Program-made: the position numbers and the translations under genes
Virus record (IMG/VR): IMGVR_UViG_3300032893_000763
Location: 29,769-93,768 of that record
Reading direction: 5' to 3' (one strand)
DNA length: 64,000 nt
DNA from: a virus
Notes under the pieces: generated by a model
What the model saw: only the letters and a program-made list of their open reading frames with translations
What the model was told of the DNA's origin: nothing
The model's database searches: none
In this document: piece after piece, positions 17,085 through 26,126 of the stretch
How positions within the stretch are numbered: the first letter of the stretch is position 1
How the letters are laid out: every line of letters starts with the position of its first letter

Positions 17085-18098
17085 ATGCTTAGCACAGAGG
17101 AACTGCTCCGCAAGGCCGTCCTCTCCGCGACCGATGGCACCGCTGGCGCTCCGGCGAACAGCAACGGTGACTTCGGGGGTAGCGGCGAGGCGGCTCTCAG
17201 CATCGAGCAGGTCACGCAGTTCATCGAACTGATGGCTGCGCAGCAGGTCATGCTCTCCGAGGCGCAGACGAAGACGAGTTCCGCTGCAAAGTGGAACGAG
17301 TCGATCCTCGACATGAACGGCCGCATCATGAAGCCGGGCATCGAGGCCACTCGTCTCACGGAGGGTCAGCGGCGCAAGCCGAACACGGGCATCGTGGAGA
17401 TCAGCACCGTCCTCGGACGTGCGGAGATCCCGGTGTCCGACGAGACGCTGGAGGACAACGTGGCGGGCGCGAGCATCGTCGCGTCGATCCAGCGCCTCAT
17501 CGCGGATCAGGCGGGCTTCGACATCGAGGATCTGTTCGTCAACGGCGACACCCTCTCTGCCGATCCCTGGCTGGCCCTCGCGGACGGCTGGCTCAAGCAG
17601 GCCGTGGTTGGCAAGGTCGGCGCAGGTCGCGCGACCCCCAACACGTTCTCGGCCGCTTCCTTCGGCAAGGACTACCAGGCCATCTTCAAGAAGATGCTCC
17701 AGTCCATGCCGAAGCGGTACCTCCGCAACCTCAAGGTGAACGGGCGCTTCTACGTGCCGGTGACCCTGGAGCAGGCGTGGCGGGACATCCTGGCGAGCCG
17801 TGTCGGCCCGCTCGGTGACCTCTCGCTCACGCAGTCGCAGGATCTCACGTACCAGGGTGTCAAGGTCGTCCCGGCCCCGTCGTTCGACGCGGGCATCGCG
17901 GAGGACGACACCTGCACGATCCTGCTCTCGGCCAACTCGAACCTCTACGCCGGTTACCACCGCGCCATGAAGTTCGAGACGTTCCGCGATCCCCGCGAGG
18001 GGGCCACGTCGTTCATCATCACGTGCCGTGTCGATCCGCAGGTCGCGGTCATCGACGCCACCGTGACGGCGACCGCCGTGGACGTGAGCATCGACTAG
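17085..18098 (+). CDS. Major capsid protein (HK97 fold, XkdG-like)
   Basis: 337 aa; IPVSDETLEDN, DIEDLFVNGD, DGWLK; followed by a terminator. Confidence 0.88.
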   Translation: MLSTEELLRKAVLSATDGTAGAPANSNGDFGGSGEAALSIEQVTQFIELMAAQQVMLSEAQTKTSSAAKWNESILDMNGRIMKPGIEATRLTEGQRRKPNTGIVEISTVLGRAEIPVSDETLEDNVAGASIVASIQRLIADQAGFDIEDLFVNGDTLSADPWLALADGWLKQAVVGKVGAGRATPNTFSAASFGKDYQAIFKKMLQSMPKRYLRNLKVNGRFYVPVTLEQAWRDILASRVGPLGDLSLTQSQDLTYQGVKVVPAPSFDAGIAEDDTCTILLSANSNLYAGYHRAMKFETFRDPREGATSFIITCRVDPQVAVIDATVTATAVDVSID

Positions 18099-18115
18099 GA
18101 ACGGAGGAGACGGCG

Positions 18116-18361
18116 ATGGCACACAACGTGACACGCACGTATCAGGTGGCGGCGCAGCCGTGGGTGGTCTGGACGACGAACAATGACCTCCACGCCTTCC
18201 TCGCTTCCCTGAACGGTGCCGGAGCCTCCGATCTCGGTTCGGTCGAGGAGACGCTCGCGCTTTGGGCAGTGCAGGTACCGGATTCGACGGAGACGGATGC
18301 AGGCACCGCCTACATCGTCTCGTCGGAGACGTACAAGCGTGTCCAGGCGGGTCGCTACTAG
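18116..18361 (+). CDS. Hypothetical protein after MCP
   Basis: SD GGAGG, 81 aa. Confidence 0.65.
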   Translation: MAHNVTRTYQVAAQPWVVWTTNNDLHAFLASLNGAGASDLGSVEETLALWAVQVPDSTETDAGTAYIVSSETYKRVQAGRY

Positions 18362-18390
18362 GCCACCCGGTCACCACGTGCAACGTCTGG

Positions 18391-18414
18391 AGAGGCCCCC
18401 GCAAGGGGGCCTCT
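18391..18414 (+). terminator. Intrinsic terminator of the capsid operon
   Basis: AGAGGCCCCC-GCAA-GGGGGCCTCT followed by a pyrimidine-rich tract. Confidence 0.8.
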
Positions 18415-18439
18415 CTCGTTCTTGTGCTATCTTCCTCGA

Positions 18440-18514
18440 AGCGGGATGGAGCAGCCCGGAGTGCTCGCCGGTTTCATACGCCGGAGGTCGTGGGTTCAAG
18501 TCCCACTCCCGCCA
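18440..18514 (+). tRNA. tRNA-Met(CAT), initiator-like
   Basis: Cloverleaf with 1:72 mismatch, fMet-type D arm (GGAGCAGCCCGG), CAT anticodon, TTCAAGT T loop; CCA not encoded. Confidence 0.88.
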
Positions 18515-18523
18515 TCAAGGACA

Positions 18524-19915
18524 ATGGATGACCAGGCTCACACGCAGACAGATGAAGTGCCCGGAGTGTCAGAAGCCGGTGCTAGTGCTGGCCCCGGCGG
18601 AGACGCCGCTGCCGGAGCTTCTCTTGTCCGCGACATGCTCGCCGGGGCATCACGCAGCCCCGAAGACGGAGCACAAGCGCAACCCGTTGAAGGCGAGCAA
18701 GAAGAAGTAGAGGATGTCCTGTGGCACTCCAACGCTCCGTGGGTTGGAACCGGCTACGGGATGCAGACTGCCTTGTTCGCTCCGCGCATCCAGCGCGACC
18801 TCGGGCATAAGGTAGGCTTCTCGGCGTTCTTCGGGCTCCGGGGCAAGACGCTCGGGTGGGTCGATCCCTCGACCAACCTCCCGTTCCAGGTCTACCCCGC
18901 CGGGCGCGACAACCACGGCAACGACGTGCTCGTGGCGCACTACCGGCACTTCACGCAGGGCCGTCCGGGCTTCTGCGTCTTCCTCTCCGACCCGTGGGTG
19001 CTTCGCGCGGAGATCGCTGCGCAGCTTCCCATGCTCGCGTGGTGCCCGGTCGATCACGACCCCGTGATCCCGCAGACGGTCGAGTGGTTCGCTCGCGGTG
19101 GTGCGCTGCCTGTGGCGATGTCGCGCTTCGGCCAGGAGCAGATGCAGGCCGCAGGGCTCAAGCAGGTGCAGTACGTCCCGCACGGCTTCGACCCCAACGT
19201 CTTCAAGCCCGCCGACCGCAAGGAGACTCGCAAGGTGCTGAGCCTCCCGCGCGATGCGTTCCTCGTCGGCATGGTCGCGGCCAACCTCGGGCAGCCGAGC
19301 CGCAAGGCGTTCTCGCAGGCGCTCATGGCGTACTCGATCTTCCACAAGCGCCACCCCGACTCGGCGCTCTACCTGCACACGATGATGGAGCACCCCATCG
19401 GGGAAGACCTCCCGGCCATGTGCGATGCGCTCGACATCCGCCCCTACGCGGCCGATCCGTACGGCTTCGTGATCGGTGCTCCGGCCGCTCTCGTGAACGC
19501 CGTCCACAACTCGCTGGATGTGCTTCTCGCTCCGTCGTGCGGTGAAGGTTTCGGCGTCCCCCTGCTCGAAGCCCAGGCGTGCGGCACGCCGGTCATCACC
19601 ACCAACTTCTCCGCGAGCCCCGAGGTCGCCCCCGCGAGCGTCGGGAACTGGAACGTCGAGGGCCAGTTGCAGTGGACGAACTTCAAGTCGTGGCAGATGA
19701 CCCCGAACATCGAGGCCATCGTCGCGGCGCTGGAGGAGGCGTACGCCGAGTCGGCCGAGGAGCGGCAGGCGCGGCGTGTGTCCGTCTATCAGCACGCACA
19801 GGGCTATCGCGCCGACGACATCGTGCAGACGTACTGGAAGCCGACCTTCGAGGCGGCTCGCGCGGAGTTCGCGTGGCGCAAGAAGCGGATGCGCCGGTTC
19901 GTGCCGAATGGCTAA
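18524..19915 (+). CDS. Glycosyltransferase (GT-B, GT4-like); true start uncertain
   Basis: LWHSNAPW.GTGYG, VPHG, RK, PSCGEGFGVPLLEAQACGTPV. Confidence 0.9.
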   Translation: MDDQAHTQTDEVPGVSEAGASAGPGGDAAAGASLVRDMLAGASRSPEDGAQAQPVEGEQEEVEDVLWHSNAPWVGTGYGMQTALFAPRIQRDLGHKVGFSAFFGLRGKTLGWVDPSTNLPFQVYPAGRDNHGNDVLVAHYRHFTQGRPGFCVFLSDPWVLRAEIAAQLPMLAWCPVDHDPVIPQTVEWFARGGALPVAMSRFGQEQMQAAGLKQVQYVPHGFDPNVFKPADRKETRKVLSLPRDAFLVGMVAANLGQPSRKAFSQALMAYSIFHKRHPDSALYLHTMMEHPIGEDLPAMCDALDIRPYAADPYGFVIGAPAALVNAVHNSLDVLLAPSCGEGFGVPLLEAQACGTPVITTNFSASPEVAPASVGNWNVEGQLQWTNFKSWQMTPNIEAIVAALEEAYAESAEERQARRVSVYQHAQGYRADDIVQTYWKPTFEAARAEFAWRKKRMRRFVPNG

Positions 19916-20939
19916 GCGTGTCCTCCTCTGCCTCTCGCACTCCATCGAGGAGTTCGATCAGCTTCGGCTCCTGACGTGGAAGGGCTACGAGGTCGCATCC
20001 ATCGGCGGCTACATCGACCCCGCCCACCCGCACGACGACAAGCGCCCGGCCCTGGCGACCGTGCCGTGCGTCCCCGAGGTCAAGGAGGCCGTGGATGCGC
20101 TCGGCACCGACGACAACCTCGGGGCGGCGCAGGAGTGCATCCCCGAGGGCGTGCTGGAGTGGCTCGGCTCCGACGGCATCATCATCTACCACCACTACCT
20201 CCGTCGGCTGTTCGGGCAGTGGGATCACCTGCGCGACTGGCGCTCCGCCGGAGGCCGCGTCGTGTGGCGCACCGTCGGCCAGTCCACCGAGGCGAATGAG
20301 CGCGAGGCGGCACAGTACCGCGCCGACGGCCTGGAGGTCGTGCGCTACTCCCCGAAGGAGCGCAACATCCCCGGATTCGCGGGCGAGGACGCCCTCATCC
20401 GCTTCTACAAGGACGCCGCAGAGTGGCACGGCTGGACGGGCGAGGACGCCGTGGTCATCAACATCACGCAGCACTTGCTCCGACGCGGAGCCTTCTGCGG
20501 CTACGACTTCTGGAGCGAGGCGACCGCCGGACTTCCCGCTACGCCGCTCGGCCCCGGCTCCGAGGAGATCGGCGGGCCTGGCGCGATGCCGCTCGACACG
20601 ATGAAGCTGTGGCTCCAGCGGGCGCGGGCGTACCTCTACACAGGCACGCAGCCCGCGAGCTACACGCTCGGGTTCATCGAGGCCATGCTCACCGGCACGC
20701 CGGTCGTCAGCATCGGCCCCTCGCACATGCGCAACTTCCCGTACGGGCCGCTCCTGTTCGAGGGCCATGAGCTTGCCGAGGTCTGGAGCGACGATCCGGC
20801 CAAGGCCCGTGACATGCTCGCGGCGCTGCTCGCGGACGCCGACCTCGCTCGCCAGGTGTCCGAGCACCAACAGGCGAAGGCTCGCAGTCTGTTCAGCGCC
20901 GAGGCCGTGGGCGAGGCTTGGGCCTCGTTCCTCGGATGA
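19908..20939 (+). CDS. Glycosyltransferase (GT-B)
   Basis: ARAYLYTG..SYTLGFIEAMLTGTPVV. Confidence 0.8.
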   Translation: MAKRVLLCLSHSIEEFDQLRLLTWKGYEVASIGGYIDPAHPHDDKRPALATVPCVPEVKEAVDALGTDDNLGAAQECIPEGVLEWLGSDGIIIYHHYLRRLFGQWDHLRDWRSAGGRVVWRTVGQSTEANEREAAQYRADGLEVVRYSPKERNIPGFAGEDALIRFYKDAAEWHGWTGEDAVVINITQHLLRRGAFCGYDFWSEATAGLPATPLGPGSEEIGGPGAMPLDTMKLWLQRARAYLYTGTQPASYTLGFIEAMLTGTPVVSIGPSHMRNFPYGPLLFEGHELAEVWSDDPAKARDMLAALLADADLARQVSEHQQAKARSLFSAEAVGEAWASFLG

Positions 20940-21526
20940 AGGCCCTCGTCCTCGTAGCGCACCCGGACGACGAGACGATCTTCGCCGGGGGAGCGATGCT
21001 CTCTAGTCCCGAGATGGAGTGGTCGATCCAGTGCGTGACGTACTCGGCCGAGAGCGAGCGCGGTAGAGAGTTCTACGCTGCGGTGGATGGCTTCCGCAAG
21101 GCGGGCGTCAACATCGGCTTGACGGAGATGCTCCGGCAGCGCGATCCCGAGGGCGGCGTCATCCCGGCGAGTGTCTACCTCCAGTGGGAGAAGGCCATCC
21201 GCGCACACCGCGTGGACGCCGACATCGTGTTCACGCACAACCGCCTCGGGGACTACGGCCACCCGCACCACATGGCGGTCAACTCCATCGCGCGGTCGAT
21301 CTACGGGGGCCGCGTCCCGATGTGCGAGTTCTTCTACCCCGGCCTCACCGGGGTGGGGTTCCAGCACGGTGGGCACTCGCGGCTGCGTTGTCAGGACACC
21401 CGGAAGCTGGACATCTTCAAGGCCGCGTACGGGCACCGCCTGGACGGGCTCATGTACCATCTCCCTGAGATGATGAACTTCCTGCTCATCGAGTGCGACG
21501 AGAGGCACGCTTGCGTATCCTCGTAG
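20936..21526 (+). CDS. PIG-L/LmbE-family N-acetylhexosamine deacetylase
   Basis: VAHPDDE and GDYGHPHH motifs. Confidence 0.88.
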   Translation: MKALVLVAHPDDETIFAGGAMLSSPEMEWSIQCVTYSAESERGREFYAAVDGFRKAGVNIGLTEMLRQRDPEGGVIPASVYLQWEKAIRAHRVDADIVFTHNRLGDYGHPHHMAVNSIARSIYGGRVPMCEFFYPGLTGVGFQHGGHSRLRCQDTRKLDIFKAAYGHRLDGLMYHLPEMMNFLLIECDERHACVSS

Positions 21527-22524
21527 ACCGACACCACGCCGACCTCCTCTACTCGCTCCAACGGCTGTTCGAGGATCGGCTCAGGATGAATCTCTACATC
21601 CCCATCGGGCACGAGTGGTGGGCCGAGGGCTACTGGCAGTTCGGCAGGGTGTTCGGAGACAACCGGCTCGCACAACAGTACCTCGCCCTCCGCGAGGGAG
21701 AGTTCCAGGACGCGGGCTCGCATTACGTCACCTTCGACTCGTCGCACCCGGACAAGCGCATCCGCGCCGTGACCCGCGAGCAGTTCCGCGCGATGGAGTG
21801 GGACTTCGTGATGCCGTCCGTGCAGGAGAACCAGCGCGGCTACCATCGGCTCGCGCAGGAGGTCGGCGCACGCTACCTCTACCAAGTCGGGAACACGGGG
21901 CAACACATCGACTGGACGCTCGACCCCCTCGTGCTCAACACGAGCGAGGCCAAGATCCCCGAGGGCAAGGGTGTGACGATCCATCAGGAGATCGACTCGA
22001 CGGTGGGGGCGTTCCGCTACCGGCCCGCGATCCTCGGCAACCCGCGCATCGTCCGCTCGTTCGTCAACGCCTTCGACCGGCTCCCCGGCTACACCGGATT
22101 CCTCCAGACGGAGCAGGCGCTCCCGGACTGGCGCTTCACGGTGCACGGGCACTTCGGCAGGGACGGCAACATCAACCCCGTCGCAGCGATGGGTGAGATG
22201 ATGTCGAGCGCCGGATGGGGGTGGCACGACAAGCCGGTGGGTGATGGCTTCGGGCACGTCATCCACTCGTGGGCAGCCGTCGGCCGTCCGCTCATCGGGA
22301 GGGCGTGCTTCTACAAGGGCAAGCTGGCCGAGCCCTTCTGGACGCCCGAGACGAGCATCGACACGACGGGCCGCTCCTTGTCTGATGTCGTCCGGCTCAT
22401 GGACGAGATCGCCTGCGACACCGGCAGGCACGCCGCGATGTGCGCCGCGATTCGCGCGACGTTCGACCGGCTCGTGGACTACCCGGCCGAGGCCGAGGCC
22501 GTCCGCACTCTCCTCGGAATCTAA
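21511..22524 (+). CDS. Glycosyltransferase-like (GT-B)
   Basis: WHDKPVGDGFGHVIHSWAAVGRPLI, a degenerate EGFG..EA..G.P motif. Confidence 0.7.
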   Translation: MRILVDRHHADLLYSLQRLFEDRLRMNLYIPIGHEWWAEGYWQFGRVFGDNRLAQQYLALREGEFQDAGSHYVTFDSSHPDKRIRAVTREQFRAMEWDFVMPSVQENQRGYHRLAQEVGARYLYQVGNTGQHIDWTLDPLVLNTSEAKIPEGKGVTIHQEIDSTVGAFRYRPAILGNPRIVRSFVNAFDRLPGYTGFLQTEQALPDWRFTVHGHFGRDGNINPVAAMGEMMSSAGWGWHDKPVGDGFGHVIHSWAAVGRPLIGRACFYKGKLAEPFWTPETSIDTTGRSLSDVVRLMDEIACDTGRHAAMCAAIRATFDRLVDYPAEAEAVRTLLGI

Positions 22525-22556
22525 CGATTCACGCTCCTTTCGTTAGAAAGTAAAGC

Positions 22557-22610
22557 TCACCCTTTCGGGGGATTCCGTTAGCTTGTGCTCGGGTCGATAC
22601 TTGGGACATG
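22557..22610 (+). promoter_or_regulatory. Repeated promoter element, copy 7
   Basis: TCACCC-TTTC-GGGGGA, 22 bp, CGATACT, 6 bp, ATG22608. Confidence 0.9.
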
Positions 22611-22820
22611 ACCAAGACACAAGCCACATACACCGACGGCATGGGCTTCACCGATGACGAGTGGGAGCGCATGTGGAACTCCGAGACGGCGACCTCGACC
22701 GTGCACCGCGCGAGCGACGACGACGAGGACGCTTGGCAGGAAGCGTACGACCGGCACTTCGCCGCGAATGGCGACGAGGACGCGGCCATCGACTACGCCG
22801 ACGCGAAGGTCTACGGCTAG
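22608..22820 (+). CDS. Small acidic early-type protein
   Basis: Leaderless start; Asp/Glu-rich. Confidence 0.7.
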   Translation: MTKTQATYTDGMGFTDDEWERMWNSETATSTVHRASDDDEDAWQEAYDRHFAANGDEDAAIDYADAKVYG

Positions 22821-22822
22821 TC

Positions 22823-23026
22823 ATGATCGAGGTCATCCTCTTTCAGAACGACCGCCAGGTGGCGAGCGCGGAAGCGGACACGGCGGAAGACGCCGTGTTC
22901 GCCGCTCGCACAATCTGGCGCGAGCACGAGCAGGCCAACCGCTACCAAGGCGTGACCCGCGCGATGCGTGCGGTCTTCTACGTGGACGGCACTCTCGTCC
23001 GCATGGTCGAAGGGAGACTCCCCTAA
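22823..23026 (+). CDS. Hypothetical protein
   Basis: MIEVILFQND..., operon packing. Confidence 0.6.
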   Translation: MIEVILFQNDRQVASAEADTAEDAVFAARTIWREHEQANRYQGVTRAMRAVFYVDGTLVRMVEGRLP

Positions 23027-23154
23027 TGCCCGTCCCCGGCTTCCCCTACCCCTACCTCATCGACTGCGGCGAGGACGACGAGCCCGAGTACGACTTCAAC
23101 GCGGCCGACCTCTACGATGACTTCGAGCCGCTGGAGGACTACGATGCCGAGTAG
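23026..23154 (+). CDS. Very acidic small peptide
   Basis: TAATG coupling; MPVPGFPYPYLIDCGEDDEPEYD... Confidence 0.5.
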   Translation: MPVPGFPYPYLIDCGEDDEPEYDFNAADLYDDFEPLEDYDAE

Positions 23155-23320
23155 CTTCCCGACGATCATCGTCCCCGGCCGCAAGCTCACGAGCGCCGAG
23201 TGCTTGGCGAAGGCCGAGGAGACGAAGGCGGACATCGAACGCTGCTACGCGGGCGAGACACGCGACCATCTCGTCAAGGAGTACATCGGATGGCTCCGCC
23301 TTGCGAAGGAGCGAGCGTGA
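23144..23320 (+). CDS. Hypothetical protein
   Basis: SD GGAGG. Confidence 0.55.
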   Translation: MPSSFPTIIVPGRKLTSAECLAKAEETKADIERCYAGETRDHLVKEYIGWLRLAKERA

Positions 23321-23405
23321 AGCCCCGGCCCGAGATCGGCTCCGAGAACTGGCTCCGCGAGCAACTCGCCAAGGGGCTCGGCCCCGACGAGCGCGACCGG
23401 CCGAA

Positions 23406-23458
23406 TCCCCCTTCCGGGGGAGGCGGTCGAGGCGCGGGTGGCCGATACTAGGTACATG
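23406..23458 (+). promoter_or_regulatory. Repeated promoter element, copy 8
   Basis: TCCCCC-TTCC-GGGGGA, 21 bp, CGATACT, 6 bp, ATG23456. Confidence 0.9.
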
Positions 23459-23749
23459 AGCAACTCACACACCCCCACCTTCCGCGTCGAGTTCTCCGGC
23501 GTCATCGTCCTCACCGGCACCGAGGCCAAGCGTGTCTCGTACACCCCGGCCGCGTGGGACTGCAAGCAGTCCGGCAAGCCTTCCGACGAGACGCTCGCCA
23601 CGTACGTCCGTGGCGTCGAGGACTCCACCCTCCCCGGTGGCGTCAACGAGCATCTCGGCGTGACCCGCATCTCCCGCGCCAAGGTCGTCCGGCAGTCCAC
23701 GGACGAGGTTGTCGCCACCTACGGCGCTCCCACCTTCCAGGTCATCTAA
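23456..23749 (+). CDS. Hypothetical early-type protein
   Basis: Leaderless start at the element. Confidence 0.7.
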   Translation: MSNSHTPTFRVEFSGVIVLTGTEAKRVSYTPAAWDCKQSGKPSDETLATYVRGVEDSTLPGGVNEHLGVTRISRAKVVRQSTDEVVATYGAPTFQVI

Positions 23750-23831
23750 CCCTCCTCCTCCTCCTCCTCAGATGACCGCTCCGAGGCCCGCTCCGGCGGG
23801 CCTCTCCGCGTCCGGGTGCTAGAATCAGGGC

Positions 23832-24062
23832 ATGGCACTCGTCACGAAGGTCGTGTCGCTGGACGACACCGGCAAGGGAGACATCACCGTCGCCCCGATG
23901 TTCTACGTCGGCTCCAAGGGCGCAGCGGGCGTCACCAACGACGGCGATGCGCTCGGCACGGCGCTCCTGACCCCGAGCACCGCTCGCTTCGTGGTCGGAG
24001 ACATCCACGTCTACGGCGGTGCCGCAGACGGGGAGTGCTCCCTGTACTTCATCCAGGACTAG
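23832..24062 (+). CDS. Small putative virion protein
   Basis: TAGAAT-6nt-ATG. Confidence 0.65.
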   Translation: MALVTKVVSLDDTGKGDITVAPMFYVGSKGAAGVTNDGDALGTALLTPSTARFVVGDIHVYGGAADGECSLYFIQD

Positions 24063-24065
24063 CCC

Positions 24066-24629
24066 TTGCCTTGGTTGGTCGTCCTCGGGACGGGCTCGTG
24101 GTGTGACCCTGCCGTCTCCCGGCAGACGTTCCGCGCCTCCTACTGCAAGAAGAAGGGCACCGGCTACAAGGTCGAGGAGGACATCGCGGAGGCGGCTCGG
24201 GCCACCGGCTATTGGTGGCTCCAGGTCTACCCCGACGAGATGGAGCCCGAGCTTGACGTGAGCGATCCCTCCGGCCCGCTCACGCTCGAAGACGTGAAGA
24301 CCGGGCTCGCCCCCGGCGTCCGGCTCCAGGTGATCGAGGGAGGCGGAGAGCCCGAGGAGGAGTACCAAGACCCCGAGGCCCCGCCGCTGGAGCACGCCTG
24401 CCAGTGGTGCCCGCGCCGCTTCCCCTCGTCCGGCGCTCTCGGGCGGCACGTCGAGTTCGAGCACACCCTCGCGCACGAGGCCGACATCGCCGCGAGCATC
24501 GAGCACCACCGCAAGCGCATGGCGGAGAAGACCGCGCTCCGGCGGCTGGAGGACTACGACGAGCCTCTGCCTCCGTGGGAGCGCGAGGCCGTCGAGCAGG
24601 GGCCGACGATCCCGCCGGAGGTAGAATAG
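24066..24629 (+). CDS. C2H2 zinc-finger-containing protein
   Basis: HACQWCPRRFPSSGALGRHVEFEH. Confidence 0.75.
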   Translation: MPWLVVLGTGSWCDPAVSRQTFRASYCKKKGTGYKVEEDIAEAARATGYWWLQVYPDEMEPELDVSDPSGPLTLEDVKTGLAPGVRLQVIEGGGEPEEEYQDPEAPPLEHACQWCPRRFPSSGALGRHVEFEHTLAHEADIAASIEHHRKRMAEKTALRRLEDYDEPLPPWEREAVEQGPTIPPEVE

Positions 24630-24633
24630 GGTC

Positions 24634-25290
24634 ATGCCTCAGAAGCTCGCCTCTCTGGAGGATGTCAACCGCATCCTCGGCTACAACACCGGGGACGACA
24701 CCGGCCGGGACGCGAAGATCCGCGCCGAGCTTGCGGCCGTTGAGTCGTGGGCCGACACGGCCCTCTGGAACATCAGCGCCGAGGGGCCGAACGTCGAGTC
24801 GTACTTCGACGTGTACGAGGACGGCACTCTCTACCTGCCTGCGGGCGACCTCACCGTCACCAAGGTGAAGATCATCCCGTACGCCGCAGGTGATGACTCG
24901 TTCTACTACATCTACGTCAACTCGGAGGCCGGGAGCCTCGGGGGCTACGACCTCGATGACCAGGGCCGTCTCTATCTCCGGCCGATGCGCACCGTCACCC
25001 CGTTCGAGGGCGCTCGGGCCGACCGGCTCATGAAGGTCTACGCTCGCGTGGACGTGCACTACATCGGCACGGGCGTCGTGCCTCGTGCCGTCACCGAGGG
25101 CATCGCCTTCCTCGCAGCGGGCTACCACGCCTACGGGCCGAAGGCGCTGGAGGCCATCAAGTCCGAGAAGATCGGGGACTACAGCTACACGCTCGCGGGC
25201 GTGTCCGGCGACGAGGAGCTTCCGTACATCCGCCAGGCGTACTTCTTCCTGAACAGGTACATGCGGACGATGCGTGTTCGGATGTGCTAA
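24634..25290 (+). CDS. Head-tail connector/adaptor
   Basis: LASLEDV N-terminus; VPRAV, IKSEKIGDYSYT, LNRY motifs. Confidence 0.8.
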   Translation: MPQKLASLEDVNRILGYNTGDDTGRDAKIRAELAAVESWADTALWNISAEGPNVESYFDVYEDGTLYLPAGDLTVTKVKIIPYAAGDDSFYYIYVNSEAGSLGGYDLDDQGRLYLRPMRTVTPFEGARADRLMKVYARVDVHYIGTGVVPRAVTEGIAFLAAGYHAYGPKALEAIKSEKIGDYSYTLAGVSGDEELPYIRQAYFFLNRYMRTMRVRMC

Positions 25291-25710
25291 GTGAGCTTCT
25301 CGCGGCTCCTCATTCACAAGCTGGAGGTCTACCGGCGGGAGAAGGACGGCGATGGCAACCCGCTCGTGGATCGGTTCGGGCAGGAGTTGTCGATCAACCC
25401 GCGCGATCATCAGGTGGACGGCGAGACGCTCGTCCACACCTACCCCTGCCGTGCGTACATGAAGTCCGGGGGCCTGCTCATGAATGAGCGGATGGTGGAC
25501 ACATTCGAGCGGTACTTCGTCGTCTACACCGACGTGGACGTGGACATCCGCGAGGACGACGCCCTCCGGTGCATGGGCGTGGACGGCCACATCATCTTCG
25601 GGCTCCTCAAGATCAAGGACTCTGAGACGAAGTACGACTCACGCGGCCCGCACCACTGCGAGTTCACCGTGTGGGAGCAGGCCGGGCCGGGCCTGGCCGC
25701 AGGAGTCTAG
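25291..25710 (+). CDS. Head closure/stopper protein
   Basis: Position; DRFGQ, YPCR, DIREDD, HHCE pattern. Confidence 0.7.
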   Translation: MSFSRLLIHKLEVYRREKDGDGNPLVDRFGQELSINPRDHQVDGETLVHTYPCRAYMKSGGLLMNERMVDTFERYFVVYTDVDVDIREDDALRCMGVDGHIIFGLLKIKDSETKYDSRGPHHCEFTVWEQAGPGLAAGV

Positions 25711-25718
25711 GCGTGGCG

Positions 25719-26126
25719 ATGGTAGCCCGCTCATGGGAGGGCCTCGGGATCGCGCAGAAGATCGACCGCGCAGGAGGCCGTGCCATCGTCGGCATCGGGC
25801 TCGCGGCAGCGGTCGAGACGAAGCGGGTCACACACCGGCTCACCGGCACGCTCATGCGCTCGGTGCACGTGGCCCCGATTGGGGAGTACCACGACAGCGA
25901 CGAGGACGAGGCTCACACCGCCGACCTCATGCTCACCGCCGAGAACCTCCACGCCACGCAGACGCCTATCGGCCAGGTGGTCGAGGTCGGCTCGTGGATC
26001 TCCTACGCCTGCGTCGAGTGGGTCGGCCGGATGCACCCCGGCGTGACGCAGGGCATCGAGATGGTGCGTGGCGGGCGCTCGGATGCTATCGTGGCTCAAG
26101 CGTTCCGCGAGGAAGGACTCCTGTAG
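25719..26126 (+). CDS. HK97 gp10-like tail completion protein
   Basis: TGTLMRSV and VGSWISYA.VE motifs. Confidence 0.7.
   Translation: MVARSWEGLGIAQKIDRAGGRAIVGIGLAAAVETKRVTHRLTGTLMRSVHVAPIGEYHDSDEDEAHTADLMLTAENLHATQTPIGQVVEVGSWISYACVEWVGRMHPGVTQGIEMVRGGRSDAIVAQAFREEGLL

Noticed and set aside
23750-23769. (CCT)n microsatellite
   Set aside because: Short, intergenic, with no supportable function
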